From: an uncultured Gammaproteobacteria bacterium
Lineage (GTDB): Bacteria; Patescibacteriota; Patescibacteriia; UBA1558; GWA2-36-10
Length of the DNA: 64,000 bases
Reading direction: 5' to 3'
NCBI GenBank assembly: GCA_964638415.1
Contig: CAZWYP010000005.1
Span: 4,121-68,120, forward strand
Numbering within the stretch: position 1 is the stretch's first letter; each line of letters begins with the position of its first letter. The notes below the pieces were generated by a model. That model searched no databases and was not told the DNA's origin. It worked only from the letters and a program-made list of their open reading frames with translations. Below are positions 9,230-19,418 of this stretch, one piece after another. The position numbers and the translations under genes were made by a program.

Positions 9230-9949
9230 TCAGACGGTAGCTGGCATCGGTTGAGGAAGAATCACTTCTCCCAATTGGCGCAAACGCCCCACTATCATGA
9301 GGTGGGGCTCGGAATCTGGCTTGGTCAAACCCAATAAGCGTTGGAGGTATGATCGACTCTTGATCTTACTCACCTGATTTCTCAGGTGGGTCTGTGTAAG
9401 GCTGCTGCCTAAATCTTGTGGCATCATCTGATGGCACCGGATCAAAGCAACAGCATTGTGCTGCAACTGACAAATCTGACTGTCGAAAACTTGGAGTATT
9501 CTCCTGCGAACGAACAAGCGTTCTTTGGAATTAACTCCCAGAAGGTTTGCAATTTGGCACAATTCTTGCAAATCAGTAATACCTCCAACCAAAGTTTTCA
9601 ACTTGTTGAAAGCGACAAGTCTCTTTTGCACCCAGCTGTCGCGTTCTTTGTCGCGCCAAGACTGAGCAGAAATAAGAGCTTGCCAATAATTGATCTCCTC
9701 AGCCAGTGCACGCGCCAGACGCAATCTGACTACCTTGGTGGATTCTGGAGATTGGCACTTAGCAAGCAACACTCGCAAAGTTTCAATTTCCACTTCCGCT
9801 AAAGCAGTATTCAGCCTGGTGCAAGCCAAGGTGGATGCTGACTTCAAGCCGCGGCTGTAAGAAGCTTTGATCTGCTCTTGCAGATAATCAACGTATCGAA
9901 TCAAAGAAGCTGGTGCTGTAGGTGCTGGTGTTGGTGATGTTTCGGTCAT
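9230..9949 (-). CDS. Hypothetical alpha-helical orphan protein
   Basis: 239-aa ORF with own promoter (TTGACA-17-TAATCT), GGGAGAG SD and terminator. Confidence 0.65.
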   Translation of the reverse strand: MTETSPTPAPTAPASLIRYVDYLQEQIKASYSRGLKSASTLACTRLNTALAEVEIETLRVLLAKCQSPESTKVVRLRLARALAEEINYWQALISAQSWRDKERDSWVQKRLVAFNKLKTLVGGITDLQELCQIANLLGVNSKERLFVRRRILQVFDSQICQLQHNAVALIRCHQMMPQDLGSSLTQTHLRNQVSKIKSRSYLQRLLGLTKPDSEPHLMIVGRLRQLGEVILPQPMPATV

Positions 9950-10030
9950 TCAGACTCTCTCCCGATGTAAAAATTGAAGGGTACATTTTCGTAAAATGTA
10001 GATTAGCAAAAAAACTGCTATTTGTCAATT

Positions 10031-10068
10031 AAAAAATCCCCATAATTAGGTATTATTGGGGATTTTTT
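10031..10068. terminator. Terminator after tsf
   Basis: AAAAAATCCCCA...TGGGGATTTTTT. Confidence 0.75.
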
Positions 10069-10074
10069 ATGTTT

Positions 10075-10851
10075 TTATAAGCTGAAATAATAGAATTTTT
10101 CTACTTTAGCTTGATTGTTGGCAGCAAACTGCTCTACGCTCATTTTATCATCCTTGATATACGGCTGCTGCAATAAGCAGACTTCGCTGTAGAATTTATT
10201 GATCTTGCCTGAACTTATTTTCTCAATCATCTCGGCTGGCTTACCTTCATTTTTAAGCTGTTCAGCAATAATCTCTTTTTCCTTAGCCAGCACTTCTGCC
10301 GGAACTTCAGCAGGCTGCAAATATTTTGGCGACATCGCAGCTACATGCATAGCAATTTCTTTGGCAATAGCCTCATCGCCAGTGGCCAGCACTACTACGG
10401 AAGCCACCTTACGATTGGAATGCAAATAACTGCCAATTACCGGACCGTCAATGATATCGGCTCCGGCTAACTGGATATTCTCCCCGATTTTAACAATTAA
10501 ATTATTCTTAATTTCCTGATCAGCCCAAGCAGTAAACTCCGCTAAGCCTAAATTTAATAATTTATCGGCAAAGACTTGAGCGGCATCAATAAAATCCTGG
10601 TTGCGTGCTACAAAATCCGTTTCACAGCTTAATCTGACTACTGCTAATTTTCCAGCAGCAGCCGAAAAAGCAATTACCCCCTCTTTGGCAGTGCGGGAAC
10701 TTTTTTTCTCCGCTATTTTCTGTCCGGCTTTGCGCAGAATTTCTACCGCCTTAGTCTCGTCATCGCCAGCCTGTTCCAAAGCCTGTTTGACATCAACCAT
10801 GCCGGCGCCAGTCAATTCTCTTACTCTTTTAATTAAAGCTAAATCAGCCAT
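10075..10851 (-). CDS. tsf: Elongation factor Ts
   Basis: RELTGAGMVDVK, CETDFVA, AMHVAAM. Confidence 0.97.
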   Translation of the reverse strand: MADLALIKRVRELTGAGMVDVKQALEQAGDDETKAVEILRKAGQKIAEKKSSRTAKEGVIAFSAAAGKLAVVRLSCETDFVARNQDFIDAAQVFADKLLNLGLAEFTAWADQEIKNNLIVKIGENIQLAGADIIDGPVIGSYLHSNRKVASVVVLATGDEAIAKEIAMHVAAMSPKYLQPAEVPAEVLAKEKEIIAEQLKNEGKPAEMIEKISSGKINKFYSEVCLLQQPYIKDDKMSVEQFAANNQAKVEKFYYFSL

Positions 10852-10868
10852 AATATTATTTTCTCTTA

Positions 10869-11561
10869 CTAATTATTTTTGTTTTTTGCCTCGCTAATGG
10901 CAGCGGCTACCAAATTGGTAATTGTTTCAATGGATTTAACAGCATCATCGTTAGCGGGAATCGGATACTGCACTAAGTCCGGATTGGTATTGGTATCTAC
11001 CAAAGCAATGATCGGAATCTTCACTTTATTAGCTTCGGCTACTGCTGTCTTTTCTTTCTTAATATCCACCACGAAAATCGCTTGTGGCAATCTCTTCATC
11101 TTGCGGATACCGCCCACGGTTTCTTCCAGTTTCTTAATCTGCTTTTCAAAAGTAACCTGCTCTTTCTTGGTATAACGCTCCCAAACGCCTTCTTCCCGGT
11201 CTTTCTCCAAACTTTCCAGCTTATTGGTCAGCTTCACGATATTGTCAAAGTTGGTGAAGGTTCCTCCCAACCAACGGCCGACAATATACGGCATATCCGC
11301 AGTCACTGCCGCCTTATGAATAATATCCTTAGCTTGTTTTTTAGAGCCAATGAATAAAATCGTGCCATTGGCTTTAATTACTTTCTCCACAAAAGCTAAA
11401 GCCTCATGCAATTTCTCTACTGTTTTCTGCAGATCAATTACATGGACGCCACTGCGTTTAGTGAAGATATACTGAGACATTTTAGGATAGCGCTTGGAAG
11501 TCTTATGACCAAAGTGCACTCCTTTTTTCAGCAATTCTTCTAAACTTGGTAAATTTACCAT
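10869..11561 (-). CDS. rpsB: 30S ribosomal protein uS2
   Basis: GVHFGH, RWLGGTFTN, PANDD; start at MVNLPS. Confidence 0.97.
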   Translation of the reverse strand: MVNLPSLEELLKKGVHFGHKTSKRYPKMSQYIFTKRSGVHVIDLQKTVEKLHEALAFVEKVIKANGTILFIGSKKQAKDIIHKAAVTADMPYIVGRWLGGTFTNFDNIVKLTNKLESLEKDREEGVWERYTKKEQVTFEKQIKKLEETVGGIRKMKRLPQAIFVVDIKKEKTAVAEANKVKIPIIALVDTNTNPDLVQYPIPANDDAVKSIETITNLVAAAISEAKNKNN

Positions 11562-11574
11562 CTTATTTTTTCCT

Positions 11575-11660
11575 TTCTTACCTGCGTTTTTCATACTGTA
11601 GCCAGATCCTTAAGATAAGGACAAGGAAGCTAAGTCTTGAGTAAAAACGCTTGTATTTGT
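11575..11660 (-). promoter_or_regulatory. Probable S2-binding rpsB 5' leader RNA
   Basis: Minus strand stem GCGTTTTT...AAAAACGC enclosing inner hairpins, just upstream of the GAAAGGA SD of rpsB. Confidence 0.55.
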
Positions 11661-11791
11661 TAATTTATTAATACTTTATACAAAAGTAGCAAAAGTTTAA
11701 CACAAGGTGGTAATTTTGACAAGAGTAGCAAAACCGCCCTATCCCTTGACTTTATTAAGGTAAAATGATATTCTACCGGCACGATAAATTT

Positions 11792-12130
11792 ATGAAAAAA
11801 GACATTCATCCAAAATATTACCCTGAGGCTAAAATTATCTGCGCCTGCGGAAAAGTTTTTACCGTGGGTTCAACTAATCAGGAAATCCATGTGGAAATCT
11901 GCTCCAATTGCCATCCTTTCTATACCGGCAAGGAAAAATTAGTAGATAGTGCTGGCCGTGTTGATCGCTTCAAGAAAATGGAAAAACTCAAAGAAGTGGC
12001 AGCTAAAACCAGAAAAGGCAAAGCAGATAAAAAGAAAAGATCAGCCGCTCGCAAAGTGGAAAAAGAACGAGCTAAGGTTAAAGCAGAAATTAAAGACAAT
12101 AGCCAAGCTAAAGCCAAGACCAAAAAGTAA
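11792..12130 (+). CDS. rpmE: 50S ribosomal protein bL31 (Zn-binding type) with basic C-terminal extension
   Basis: [27 protein letters not shown]. Confidence 0.95.
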   Translation: MKKDIHPKYYPEAKIICACGKVFTVGSTNQEIHVEICSNCHPFYTGKEKLVDSAGRVDRFKKMEKLKEVAAKTRKGKADKKKRSAARKVEKERAKVKAEIKDNSQAKAKTKK

Positions 12131-12143
12131 CTGTTTTATATAT

Positions 12144-12175
12144 AAAAACTCTTATTGTATTCATAAGAGTTTTTT
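12144..12175 (+). terminator. Terminator after rpmE
   Basis: AAAAACTCTTAT...ATAAGAGTTTTTT. Confidence 0.7.
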
Positions 12176-12204
12176 GTTTACCTAAATTATACTATAATAA
12201 CAAT

Positions 12205-13254
12205 ATGATAGATATTAATAAAATAAAGCAAGAAATAGCTGAACTGGAAGACAAGATGCAACAGCCGGAAGTAGTCAAAGACACTCAGCAGATGAGCAAA
12301 CTTGGCAAGCAATACAATAAAGCCAAGGAGATTTTAAATTTAGCGGAAAGCTTGGAAAAAAATAAGGCGGAATTGGCCGGTTTGAAAGAAATGTCAATTA
12401 AGGAAACTGATCCGGAAATGGCCAGCCTGACTTTGGGTGAAATTGAAGATTTGGAAAAAAGAATTGCTGAACAGGAAAGTAAGTTGGATGACTTACTTAA
12501 TCCAGCTGATCCGGCCGATGAAAGAAATGTCATTTTGGAAATCCGGGCCGGTACTGGCGGTGATGAATCTGCTTTGTTTGCCGCTGATTTGTTCCGCATG
12601 TACGCCCGTTTTGCCGAAAACCAAAACTGGCAAGTAAAAGTTATTTCACAGAATCGCACGGAAATCGGTGGCTTCAAAGAAATTATCGCCGAAGTCTCCG
12701 GAGACAATGTGTATAAATATTTCAAATTTGAAAGCGGTGTCCATCGCGTCCAGCGCGTGCCGGAAACGGAAAAAGCCGGCCGCGTGCATACTTCAGCAGC
12801 CACCGTAGCAGTAATGCCGGAAGCTGAGGAAATAGATTTAAAAATCGAGCCAAAAGATTTAAAAATTGAAACCACTACTTCATCAGGACATGGCGGACAG
12901 TCAGTCAACACCACTTATTCAGCGGTCCGCATTACTCACTTACCCACTGGACTAATGGTGCAATGCCAGGATGAACGCTCCCAAACTCAGAATAAAGAAC
13001 GGGCCATGCAGGTTTTACGCTCACGGTTACTAGCTATGGAAGAAGAGAAAAAACACCAGGAACGGGCTGCCAACCGCAAAAGCCAGATTGGCACCGGCGA
13101 TCGTTCGGAAAAAATCCGTACTTACAATTTCCCTCAGGACAGGTTAACTGATCACCGCGTTAAACTTACTTTGCATAATTTAGCCAAAATCTTAGATGGT
13201 GACCTTTTGCCGATTATCACTCCCTTGCAGCAAGCCGCCAAAGAAATCAAATAA
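12205..13254 (+). CDS. prfA: Peptide chain release factor 1
   Basis: [21 protein letters not shown] motif. Confidence 0.96.
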   Translation: MIDINKIKQEIAELEDKMQQPEVVKDTQQMSKLGKQYNKAKEILNLAESLEKNKAELAGLKEMSIKETDPEMASLTLGEIEDLEKRIAEQESKLDDLLNPADPADERNVILEIRAGTGGDESALFAADLFRMYARFAENQNWQVKVISQNRTEIGGFKEIIAEVSGDNVYKYFKFESGVHRVQRVPETEKAGRVHTSAATVAVMPEAEEIDLKIEPKDLKIETTTSSGHGGQSVNTTYSAVRITHLPTGLMVQCQDERSQTQNKERAMQVLRSRLLAMEEEKKHQERAANRKSQIGTGDRSEKIRTYNFPQDRLTDHRVKLTLHNLAKILDGDLLPIITPLQQAAKEIK

Positions 13255-13256
13255 TA

Positions 13257-14066
13257 ATGACCATCAAGGAATGCTTGGCTAAAAATTACCAAACAAAATA
13301 TCCCCGTCAAGAAATTGATGAGCTTTTAGCTTTAGCGCTCCACCGGCCGCTATCCTATCTGTACAAGCATCCGGAAAAAATTATCTCTTTTTCCGCTATT
13401 AAAGCTTTTAACAAACTGCTGAAATTAAGAGAAAATAATTTTTCCCTGGCCTATCTTAAAGGATATAAATATTTCTGCAATTTAAAATTCCTAGTCAATA
13501 AGCATGTCTTAATTCCCCGACCAGACAGTGAAATAATAATCACTGAAAGTTTAAAATTATTAGCTAAAATAAAAAACCCTAAGGTATTAGATATTGGAAC
13601 CGGTTCTGGCTGTCTAATTATCTCCCTAGCTAAAAATTATTTTCCAGCTAATTACTATGCCGCCGATATTTCTTCCCGTGCCCTAACTGTCGCTAAAACC
13701 AATGCCCGGAAGCATCAGGTTAAAATTAAATTCATTAAATCTAATTTGCTTAATAAAATACCGCCAATAAAATTCGATTTAATCATCGCTAATCTGCCCT
13801 ATTTAACCAAAGCGCAACTTTCCGAAGCTAGTATTAAGCAAGAACCGCAACTGGCTTTATTTGGCGGGCAAGAGGGCTTGGATCATTACCAAAAACTGCT
13901 TAAAAAAATTCCTGAATTCCTTACCGATAAAGGTAAATTAATTTTAGAAATTGATCCTGGACAAACTAAAAAAATAAGTGAAATAATTAAAAAATATTTA
14001 CCAACTAAAAAAGTATCCGCCAAAAAAGACTTGTCGGGATTAAATCGCTTAATGGTAATAAGTTAA
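13257..14066 (+). CDS. prmC: Release factor glutamine methyltransferase
   Basis: VLIPRPDSE, DIGTGSG, NLPY; directly after prfA. Confidence 0.93.
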   Translation: MTIKECLAKNYQTKYPRQEIDELLALALHRPLSYLYKHPEKIISFSAIKAFNKLLKLRENNFSLAYLKGYKYFCNLKFLVNKHVLIPRPDSEIIITESLKLLAKIKNPKVLDIGTGSGCLIISLAKNYFPANYYAADISSRALTVAKTNARKHQVKIKFIKSNLLNKIPPIKFDLIIANLPYLTKAQLSEASIKQEPQLALFGGQEGLDHYQKLLKKIPEFLTDKGKLILEIDPGQTKKISEIIKKYLPTKKVSAKKDLSGLNRLMVIS

Positions 14067-14094
14067 AAACCCTCAATAATAATTGAGGGTTTTT
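14065..14094. terminator. Bidirectional terminator
   Basis: AAAAACCCTCAAT / ATTGAGGGTTTTT. Confidence 0.75.
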
Positions 14095-14108
14095 AGATTG
14101 GCGTAGCC

Positions 14109-14372
14109 TTAAACTCTGGCCACAAACTGACAGAAATCATTTTCTTCCGACTCCTTCATGGACAGCAGTTCTTGGAGCGTAACACTCCGGATTTGAAAAC
14201 TTGACCAGTGCATAATAAGGTACTCCACCACTTCGCTATGGTGAACTATCCGCCGCCGAACCAAGGTTTTGACCGGCAGAAATTTCGGATTATTTTGCCA
14301 GAGACGCTTAAGCTTCTCCAGCAAGGGAATAGAGACATCCACACCACTACCTAATGGATAAGCCGACAACAT
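14109..14372 (-). CDS. Small orphan hypothetical protein
   Basis: 87 aa; strong AAAGGAGG SD; own promoter. Confidence 0.6.
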   Translation of the reverse strand: MLSAYPLGSGVDVSIPLLEKLKRLWQNNPKFLPVKTLVRRRIVHHSEVVEYLIMHWSSFQIRSVTLQELLSMKESEENDFCQFVARV

Positions 14373-14474
14373 AATAGCCTCCTTTCTACTTGGCCCACCA
14401 AGTTATGAGGAACTTAACTATCTTCAACATAGCAATTATTAACTTTTTGTCAACACAAACATCCTAAGCAAAGC

Positions 14475-14502
14475 AAAAGACCTTACATTATGTAAGGTCT
14501 TT
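14475..14502 (-). terminator. Terminator after accB
   Basis: Inverted repeat AAAGACCTTACA / TGTAAGGTCTTT. Confidence 0.7.
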
Positions 14503-14528
14503 AACAATTCATTCTGACTGGTAAATTA

Positions 14529-14984
14529 TCAAGTAGCGATGACTTCAATTTCTATCAGCGCCTGGTCAAATTCTACCAACTGTCCATTTTCAACCAATAT
14601 CTTAACCACCTTGCCGCTGACTCCAGCTTCAATCTCATTCATCAACTTCATCGCCTCAATGATGCAGACAATCGTGCCGCTTTCCACCTGATCGCCAACT
14701 TTGACATAAGGCTGGGCGTCCGGATTTGGAGCGCGATAGAAAGTACCGACCATAGGAGATTTTATGGTGTAAATATTCTTGACTTCTTCCTCTTGAGCGG
14801 GATTTCCCGGGCTAACTGGCTGGCTGGCATTTAGCGGCGATACTGCAATTGGCTGGCTGGCAAAAGCGGCGGCAGTTTTCATGGAAATACGCCAACGATT
14901 TTCTTCGTCTACTACTTCCATCGAAGCCAGGCCGGAAGCAGTAAACATCTTCACCACTGACCTCAGGATCTTGAGACTTATCAT
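14529..14984 (-). CDS. accB: Biotin carboxyl carrier protein (stand-alone)
   Basis: [11 protein letters not shown] and biotinylation motif EAMKLMNEI; ATG 14984 with AAAAGGA. Confidence 0.9.
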   Translation of the reverse strand: MISLKILRSVVKMFTASGLASMEVVDEENRWRISMKTAAAFASQPIAVSPLNASQPVSPGNPAQEEEVKNIYTIKSPMVGTFYRAPNPDAQPYVKVGDQVESGTIVCIIEAMKLMNEIEAGVSGKVVKILVENGQLVEFDQALIEIEVIAT

Positions 14985-15085
14985 GGTATTATTCCTTTTG
15001 TGCAAATAACAATTATCCTTGTTATCTAAACTCTTTTTTGTCTTTTTGTCAATCAAAAAACCGCTATTTAAGCGGTTTGAACACG

Positions 15086-16108
15086 CTATTCAATAATCAA
15101 TTTGGCTGGATCATCAATTATGGCAATCCAGGTTTTGCCTGGCACTAATTTTAATTCCTGCTGGTTGCTGTCTAAAAAAATAGTCCGTTGGTCGCGGTAT
15201 TCCCATTTCCCAGTTTGTTGCCCCCCTTTATTAAACACAAACACCTCTCCACCCTGCTTAGTCTCCATAGCCCGGCGTTCAGCATCAATTAAAGTGCTGG
15301 GAACAATCTGCACAATAACATTATCCGCTACTAGGCTATTACCATCAGCATCAATATCTTTAGCTTCCTGCTGCCAACGCTGGTAAACAGACAATGCTTC
15401 ATTAAATCGCCAAGATACCTGGTATAACTCAGTGGAAAAATTAATGCTAAAATTCTTAATTTCCCCTACTGCCAAATCGTCAACAAAATTCCACTGCTTA
15501 AATTCCGAGGAAATGTTATTAACTTTTTTCATTTCACCGGCTCGGAGAATGTTACTGCTATTGGTAAAAACATTGTGCGGAGCAGATAACTTATCGTCAC
15601 GGAAAAAATAAATGCCACTGGCGCCCATTTCATCAATATTGGTAAAATCATAATCATCAATAACCGCCAAAGCTTGAGGACTACCGCCCACATGCATAAA
15701 CAGTCCGCGATATTCTTCAGCCCAGTCCATAAAATAATTCCGAGCTGATCTAACTGGACCGACTTTGACCAGCTTAGCTTGGCTGTCAAAAACTGCCAAC
15801 AGCCTGGTAATATTGCTTTCCGCCAAGGCTTCATAAACCACCACTGCTTCCGCTAAGCCGGCTTGGGGCGGAATATCAGCGGCATTATCCAACATTACTG
15901 CTACTGGAAAAAAATTATTCAATTCTTCTTCAATAATTAGCCCAGTTAAAGGATGGCGATTCTTATCTACTGCTTCATCTAAATTAACAACTTCATCTTG
16001 GCTATTATCAACTGAAAAAAAATAATTAACCAAGCCAGCGCCAAGCAAAATAACTGCCACGGCTATGACAGTTATTGGCCAAATTTTTCTTAATTTAAAA
16101 TTCAACAT
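15086..16108 (-). CDS. DUF3048-family membrane-anchored protein
   Basis: N-terminal TM; AVMLDN, YEALAE..ITR, GPVRSAR, APHN, LVPGKTW. Confidence 0.85.
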   Translation of the reverse strand: MLNFKLRKIWPITVIAVAVILLGAGLVNYFFSVDNSQDEVVNLDEAVDKNRHPLTGLIIEEELNNFFPVAVMLDNAADIPPQAGLAEAVVVYEALAESNITRLLAVFDSQAKLVKVGPVRSARNYFMDWAEEYRGLFMHVGGSPQALAVIDDYDFTNIDEMGASGIYFFRDDKLSAPHNVFTNSSNILRAGEMKKVNNISSEFKQWNFVDDLAVGEIKNFSINFSTELYQVSWRFNEALSVYQRWQQEAKDIDADGNSLVADNVIVQIVPSTLIDAERRAMETKQGGEVFVFNKGGQQTGKWEYRDQRTIFLDSNQQELKLVPGKTWIAIIDDPAKLIIE

Positions 16109-16157
16109 GAAGTATTGAATGTTTATTTTTTGTTTTAGTCTTAAGGCGAAAGAGAAA

Positions 16158-16820
16158 TTACTCCTCTTTCTTTTCGGCTGTTTCTTCCTTAGCTTCCTCT
16201 GCCGGAGCTTCACCTTCAGCTGGAGCAGCTACGGTCGGGGCAGCAGCTTGTTCGCCCAAATCCAATTTCTTAGGAACAATTACTGAAACCACCGGATCAT
16301 TGGGATTATTTAAAATCGCTACTTTTTCTGAAACCGCTAAATCTTTGATGGAAATGGTTTGGTTTAAATCAATTAAACCGGAAATGTCAACTTCAATAAC
16401 CGCTGGCAAATCTAGCGGTAAGCATTTTACCTTCACCTGATTATTCTTAATATCCAGCTTTCCACCATGCTCTTTGACACCTAAAGATTCTCCAACAAAT
16501 TTCAACGGCACCTTGGTCATCACTGGCTGATCATCCGCAATATGCAAAAAATCCACATGGATTACTTTATCCGACAGCGGATCCTGCTGGTAATCCCGGA
16601 CAATCACCCGCAAATCCTGGTCATCCAGCTTTAAATTAATAATATTGCTAGTACCAGCGCCGTTTAATACTTTAATGAGGTCATTATAGCGCACGGCTAA
16701 GGCTTGCGGTTTTTCTTTAGGACCGTAAATTACGCCCGGAACTTGACCTTCGCCTTTTAAAGCAGACAGATCGCTGCCAGTACCGATTTCTCTAGTTTTA
16801 GCTTCAAGTAAGAAATTCAT
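16158..16820 (-). CDS. rplY: 50S ribosomal protein bL25 (Ctc type)
   Basis: VPGVIYG, HVDF, C-terminal Ctc domain and acidic tail. Confidence 0.93.
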   Translation of the reverse strand: MNFLLEAKTREIGTGSDLSALKGEGQVPGVIYGPKEKPQALAVRYNDLIKVLNGAGTSNIINLKLDDQDLRVIVRDYQQDPLSDKVIHVDFLHIADDQPVMTKVPLKFVGESLGVKEHGGKLDIKNNQVKVKCLPLDLPAVIEVDISGLIDLNQTISIKDLAVSEKVAILNNPNDPVVSVIVPKKLDLGEQAAAPTVAAPAEGEAPAEEAKEETAEKKEE

Positions 16821-16921
16821 ATGTTTCTCTTGGGAATTAATATTCAATAATAGTGCGTCTATTTAATCATAAAAAGAAAAAAGAGTCAAGATATCTACTC
16901 CCTGGTTATTAATAGCTAAAA

Positions 16922-18016
16922 TTAACTGTTCCTAATCCTAATATTCTGGACAATGCCCAGGGCAATCATCGTCGCCCAAAGGGAACTACCGCCAGCCGAG
17001 ACCAAAGGCAAAGGAATGCCGGTCACCGGAGAAATGCCCATATTCATCCCGATATTAATAAAAATCTGGACCAGCAGCATGGCCAAAAAACCCAAAACTA
17101 AATAGGAGCCGAAATTATCCTGCGCCCGGCGCATAATTAAAAACAAACGGTAAAACAGGAAACCGAATAAAAATAATAAAACCGTCACGCCCACTAAACC
17201 CAAGTATTCGGAAATAACGGCAAAGATAAAATCAGTTCCCGGCTCCGGCAGAAAACGCAGATTGCTTTGTGAGCCCAAAGCCAATCCCCGGCCAAATAAT
17301 TGCCCGCTGCCCACTGCTATAATAGACTGAATTACATTATAACCCTGTCCTTGCGGATCCAGACTGGGATTAATAAAAGTCAAAATTCTAAATTTCTGGT
17401 ATTCTTTTAAAAGCCAAAACCAACTGGCTAAAGAAACGGCAATGAAAATTCCGGACAGCCAGAAAAAATGCTGCTTGCTAATACCGGTAAACAATAACAT
17501 CACTACCCAAGTGCCTAATAATACCAAGGCGGAACCTAGGTCAGGCTGCAAAATAACCAGGGCGACAAAAATAAAAGTCAGTAAGCCGGAAACAATAATA
17601 TGCCGCCAGCGCTTGAAATCTGCCGCGTGGTCGGAAAAATACTTAGCCAGGATAATAACTAAGGCAATCTTGGCAAATTCCACCGGCTGAATAGTCAACG
17701 GTCCTAAGGTCAACCAGCCAGTAGTACCGCGCACTGCCGTACCGACAATAATTAGAATTGCTAAAATCAGAACGAAGAAAATAAAAATAAGCTTACTATA
17801 AGTAAACCAAAATTGGTAATTAATTTTAGCGGCTAAAAAAAATAAGACTAATCCGCTTAAAGCAAAAACAATCTGTTTTTTAAATACTACGAAACTGGTA
17901 TCTTCAGTATTGAGACTTAAACTGTATAAAACGCTGATGCTGAGGATTAATAAAATCAGAACTGCCAACAATAGTGCCCAATCCAATTTTTGCCAAGCGG
18001 AAATGAACGGTCTCAT
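16922..18016 (-). CDS. rodA: Rod shape-determining protein RodA (SEDS family)
   Basis: QPVEFAK, QPDLG, GYNVIQS, LPEPGTDFIF, PVTGIPLPLVSAGGS. Confidence 0.92.
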   Translation of the reverse strand: MRPFISAWQKLDWALLLAVLILLILSISVLYSLSLNTEDTSFVVFKKQIVFALSGLVLFFLAAKINYQFWFTYSKLIFIFFVLILAILIIVGTAVRGTTGWLTLGPLTIQPVEFAKIALVIILAKYFSDHAADFKRWRHIIVSGLLTFIFVALVILQPDLGSALVLLGTWVVMLLFTGISKQHFFWLSGIFIAVSLASWFWLLKEYQKFRILTFINPSLDPQGQGYNVIQSIIAVGSGQLFGRGLALGSQSNLRFLPEPGTDFIFAVISEYLGLVGVTVLLFLFGFLFYRLFLIMRRAQDNFGSYLVLGFLAMLLVQIFINIGMNMGISPVTGIPLPLVSAGGSSLWATMIALGIVQNIRIRNS

Positions 18017-18891
18017 GGCTCCAATCTTTCATCAACACGCAGAGGAATTTCCACCTGCTTGAAATTATCCTGATCCAACCAATTTACGTCTGGAATTACT
18101 TGGTAAGTGGTAACGCGGGGCAGATTATTCAGCCAAACAGCGGTTAATTCCTTAGTGGTCAGAGAATTAAAATCCGTGGCCTTGGCTAAATTAACCGCCA
18201 CCAACTGATCTCGGTTATACAAAGCTACCTGGAAATTCACCTGCCAGAAATTATATAAGCTCAAATTTCTTACCCGCCAAGTAAGGCGTGGATCTAATTT
18301 AATCTGCTCACCGTCAATTTCCTGAGTAGTGGCCGGTTCAAACTTCAAATCCGTAATTTCCCAGGCAATCGCCGGCAAGGAAGCATCTGCCCGCTGCCAC
18401 TTAATATTGTCATTTAATTTTATTTCCAAACTTTTTAGACCGGAAACATTCTCATAGCCTAGTTGCAAAATCATCTTGTCATCATTAGGCATCAACCAAC
18501 CGATTTCCGTTGCCAATGGTTGGCCGTTAACGACAAAGTTATATTCAAAAGATTTAACCAGCCAGTCAGGATTAGGATTCTTAATAAACGCTACTAGATT
18601 GTAGCGACCAGCACCGACGGCAAACCACTGAGGCCGGCTAATCTGTAAAGTCTGCGGCTGATGTTCAAGATGCCAGCTCTGCCAATTAACATCGGGAGAT
18701 AAAGCAGCAGCTTTACTCTGCCAACTGCTTTGGTTGAATAACTTAAAAATATTGGCTGCCAAAAAAAACAGCAAAATCGCTAAGATTCCTACAAAAAAAC
18801 CAAGAAAAATTCTGCGGGCAGTTTGACGATGAGTAATCCACCAATATCCCCTCTTTAAGTCTTTGTCACTAATTGGCTGAAATTCATTCAT
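18013..18891 (-). CDS. Membrane-anchored hypothetical protein with beta-rich domains
   Basis: N-terminal TM; KNPN motif; overlaps the rodA start. Confidence 0.7.
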   Translation of the reverse strand: MNEFQPISDKDLKRGYWWITHRQTARRIFLGFFVGILAILLFFLAANIFKLFNQSSWQSKAAALSPDVNWQSWHLEHQPQTLQISRPQWFAVGAGRYNLVAFIKNPNPDWLVKSFEYNFVVNGQPLATEIGWLMPNDDKMILQLGYENVSGLKSLEIKLNDNIKWQRADASLPAIAWEITDLKFEPATTQEIDGEQIKLDPRLTWRVRNLSLYNFWQVNFQVALYNRDQLVAVNLAKATDFNSLTTKELTAVWLNNLPRVTTYQVIPDVNWLDQDNFKQVEIPLRVDERLEP

Positions 18892-19028
18892 AATAAACAT
18901 ATTATAACCCAAACTTAACAATAAATCTACCTGGCTGCTAAAATTACGAGCTTTTGCCAGATAAAAATTTATGTTATAATAACCTTGTTAAAAAATAATC
19001 GTTTAAGAGCAAAAAATAAAAATAAAAT

Positions 19029-19313
19029 ATGTGGGAAACTTCAAAAGATATCTTTAATTTGCTTTCGGGAATATCCATCCTGCTGGTAGCCGCTTTCTTA
19101 TCTTATCTCTTCTACCAGATGGCAACTATGATCCGCAATGTCAACCGGACAATGTCAGCCGTGCAAAATATGGTGGAAGGAGTTAATCAACTGGTAAAGA
19201 AATTAAAAGATAAAGCGGATTCCGCCGGCACTTATCTGACTATTCTAGCTAAAAGCGCCCAGCAGATTTTTGAATACTTCAACAAAAATCAGAAATCTTC
19301 CCGAAAAAAATAA
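19029..19313 (+). CDS. Small TM plus coiled-coil protein (DUF948-like)
   Basis: One TM followed by a heptad helix. Confidence 0.6.
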   Translation: MWETSKDIFNLLSGISILLVAAFLSYLFYQMATMIRNVNRTMSAVQNMVEGVNQLVKKLKDKADSAGTYLTILAKSAQQIFEYFNKNQKSSRKK

Positions 19314-19418
19314 AAAGCAAAAATAAAAATCTAGGTCAGCGCTGAAAGTAGCTGCCAAACCCCAAAACAAAAATTTTCTTGCGGGGTTTTATTATTAACT
19401 TTAAATAGTCATTTATCA

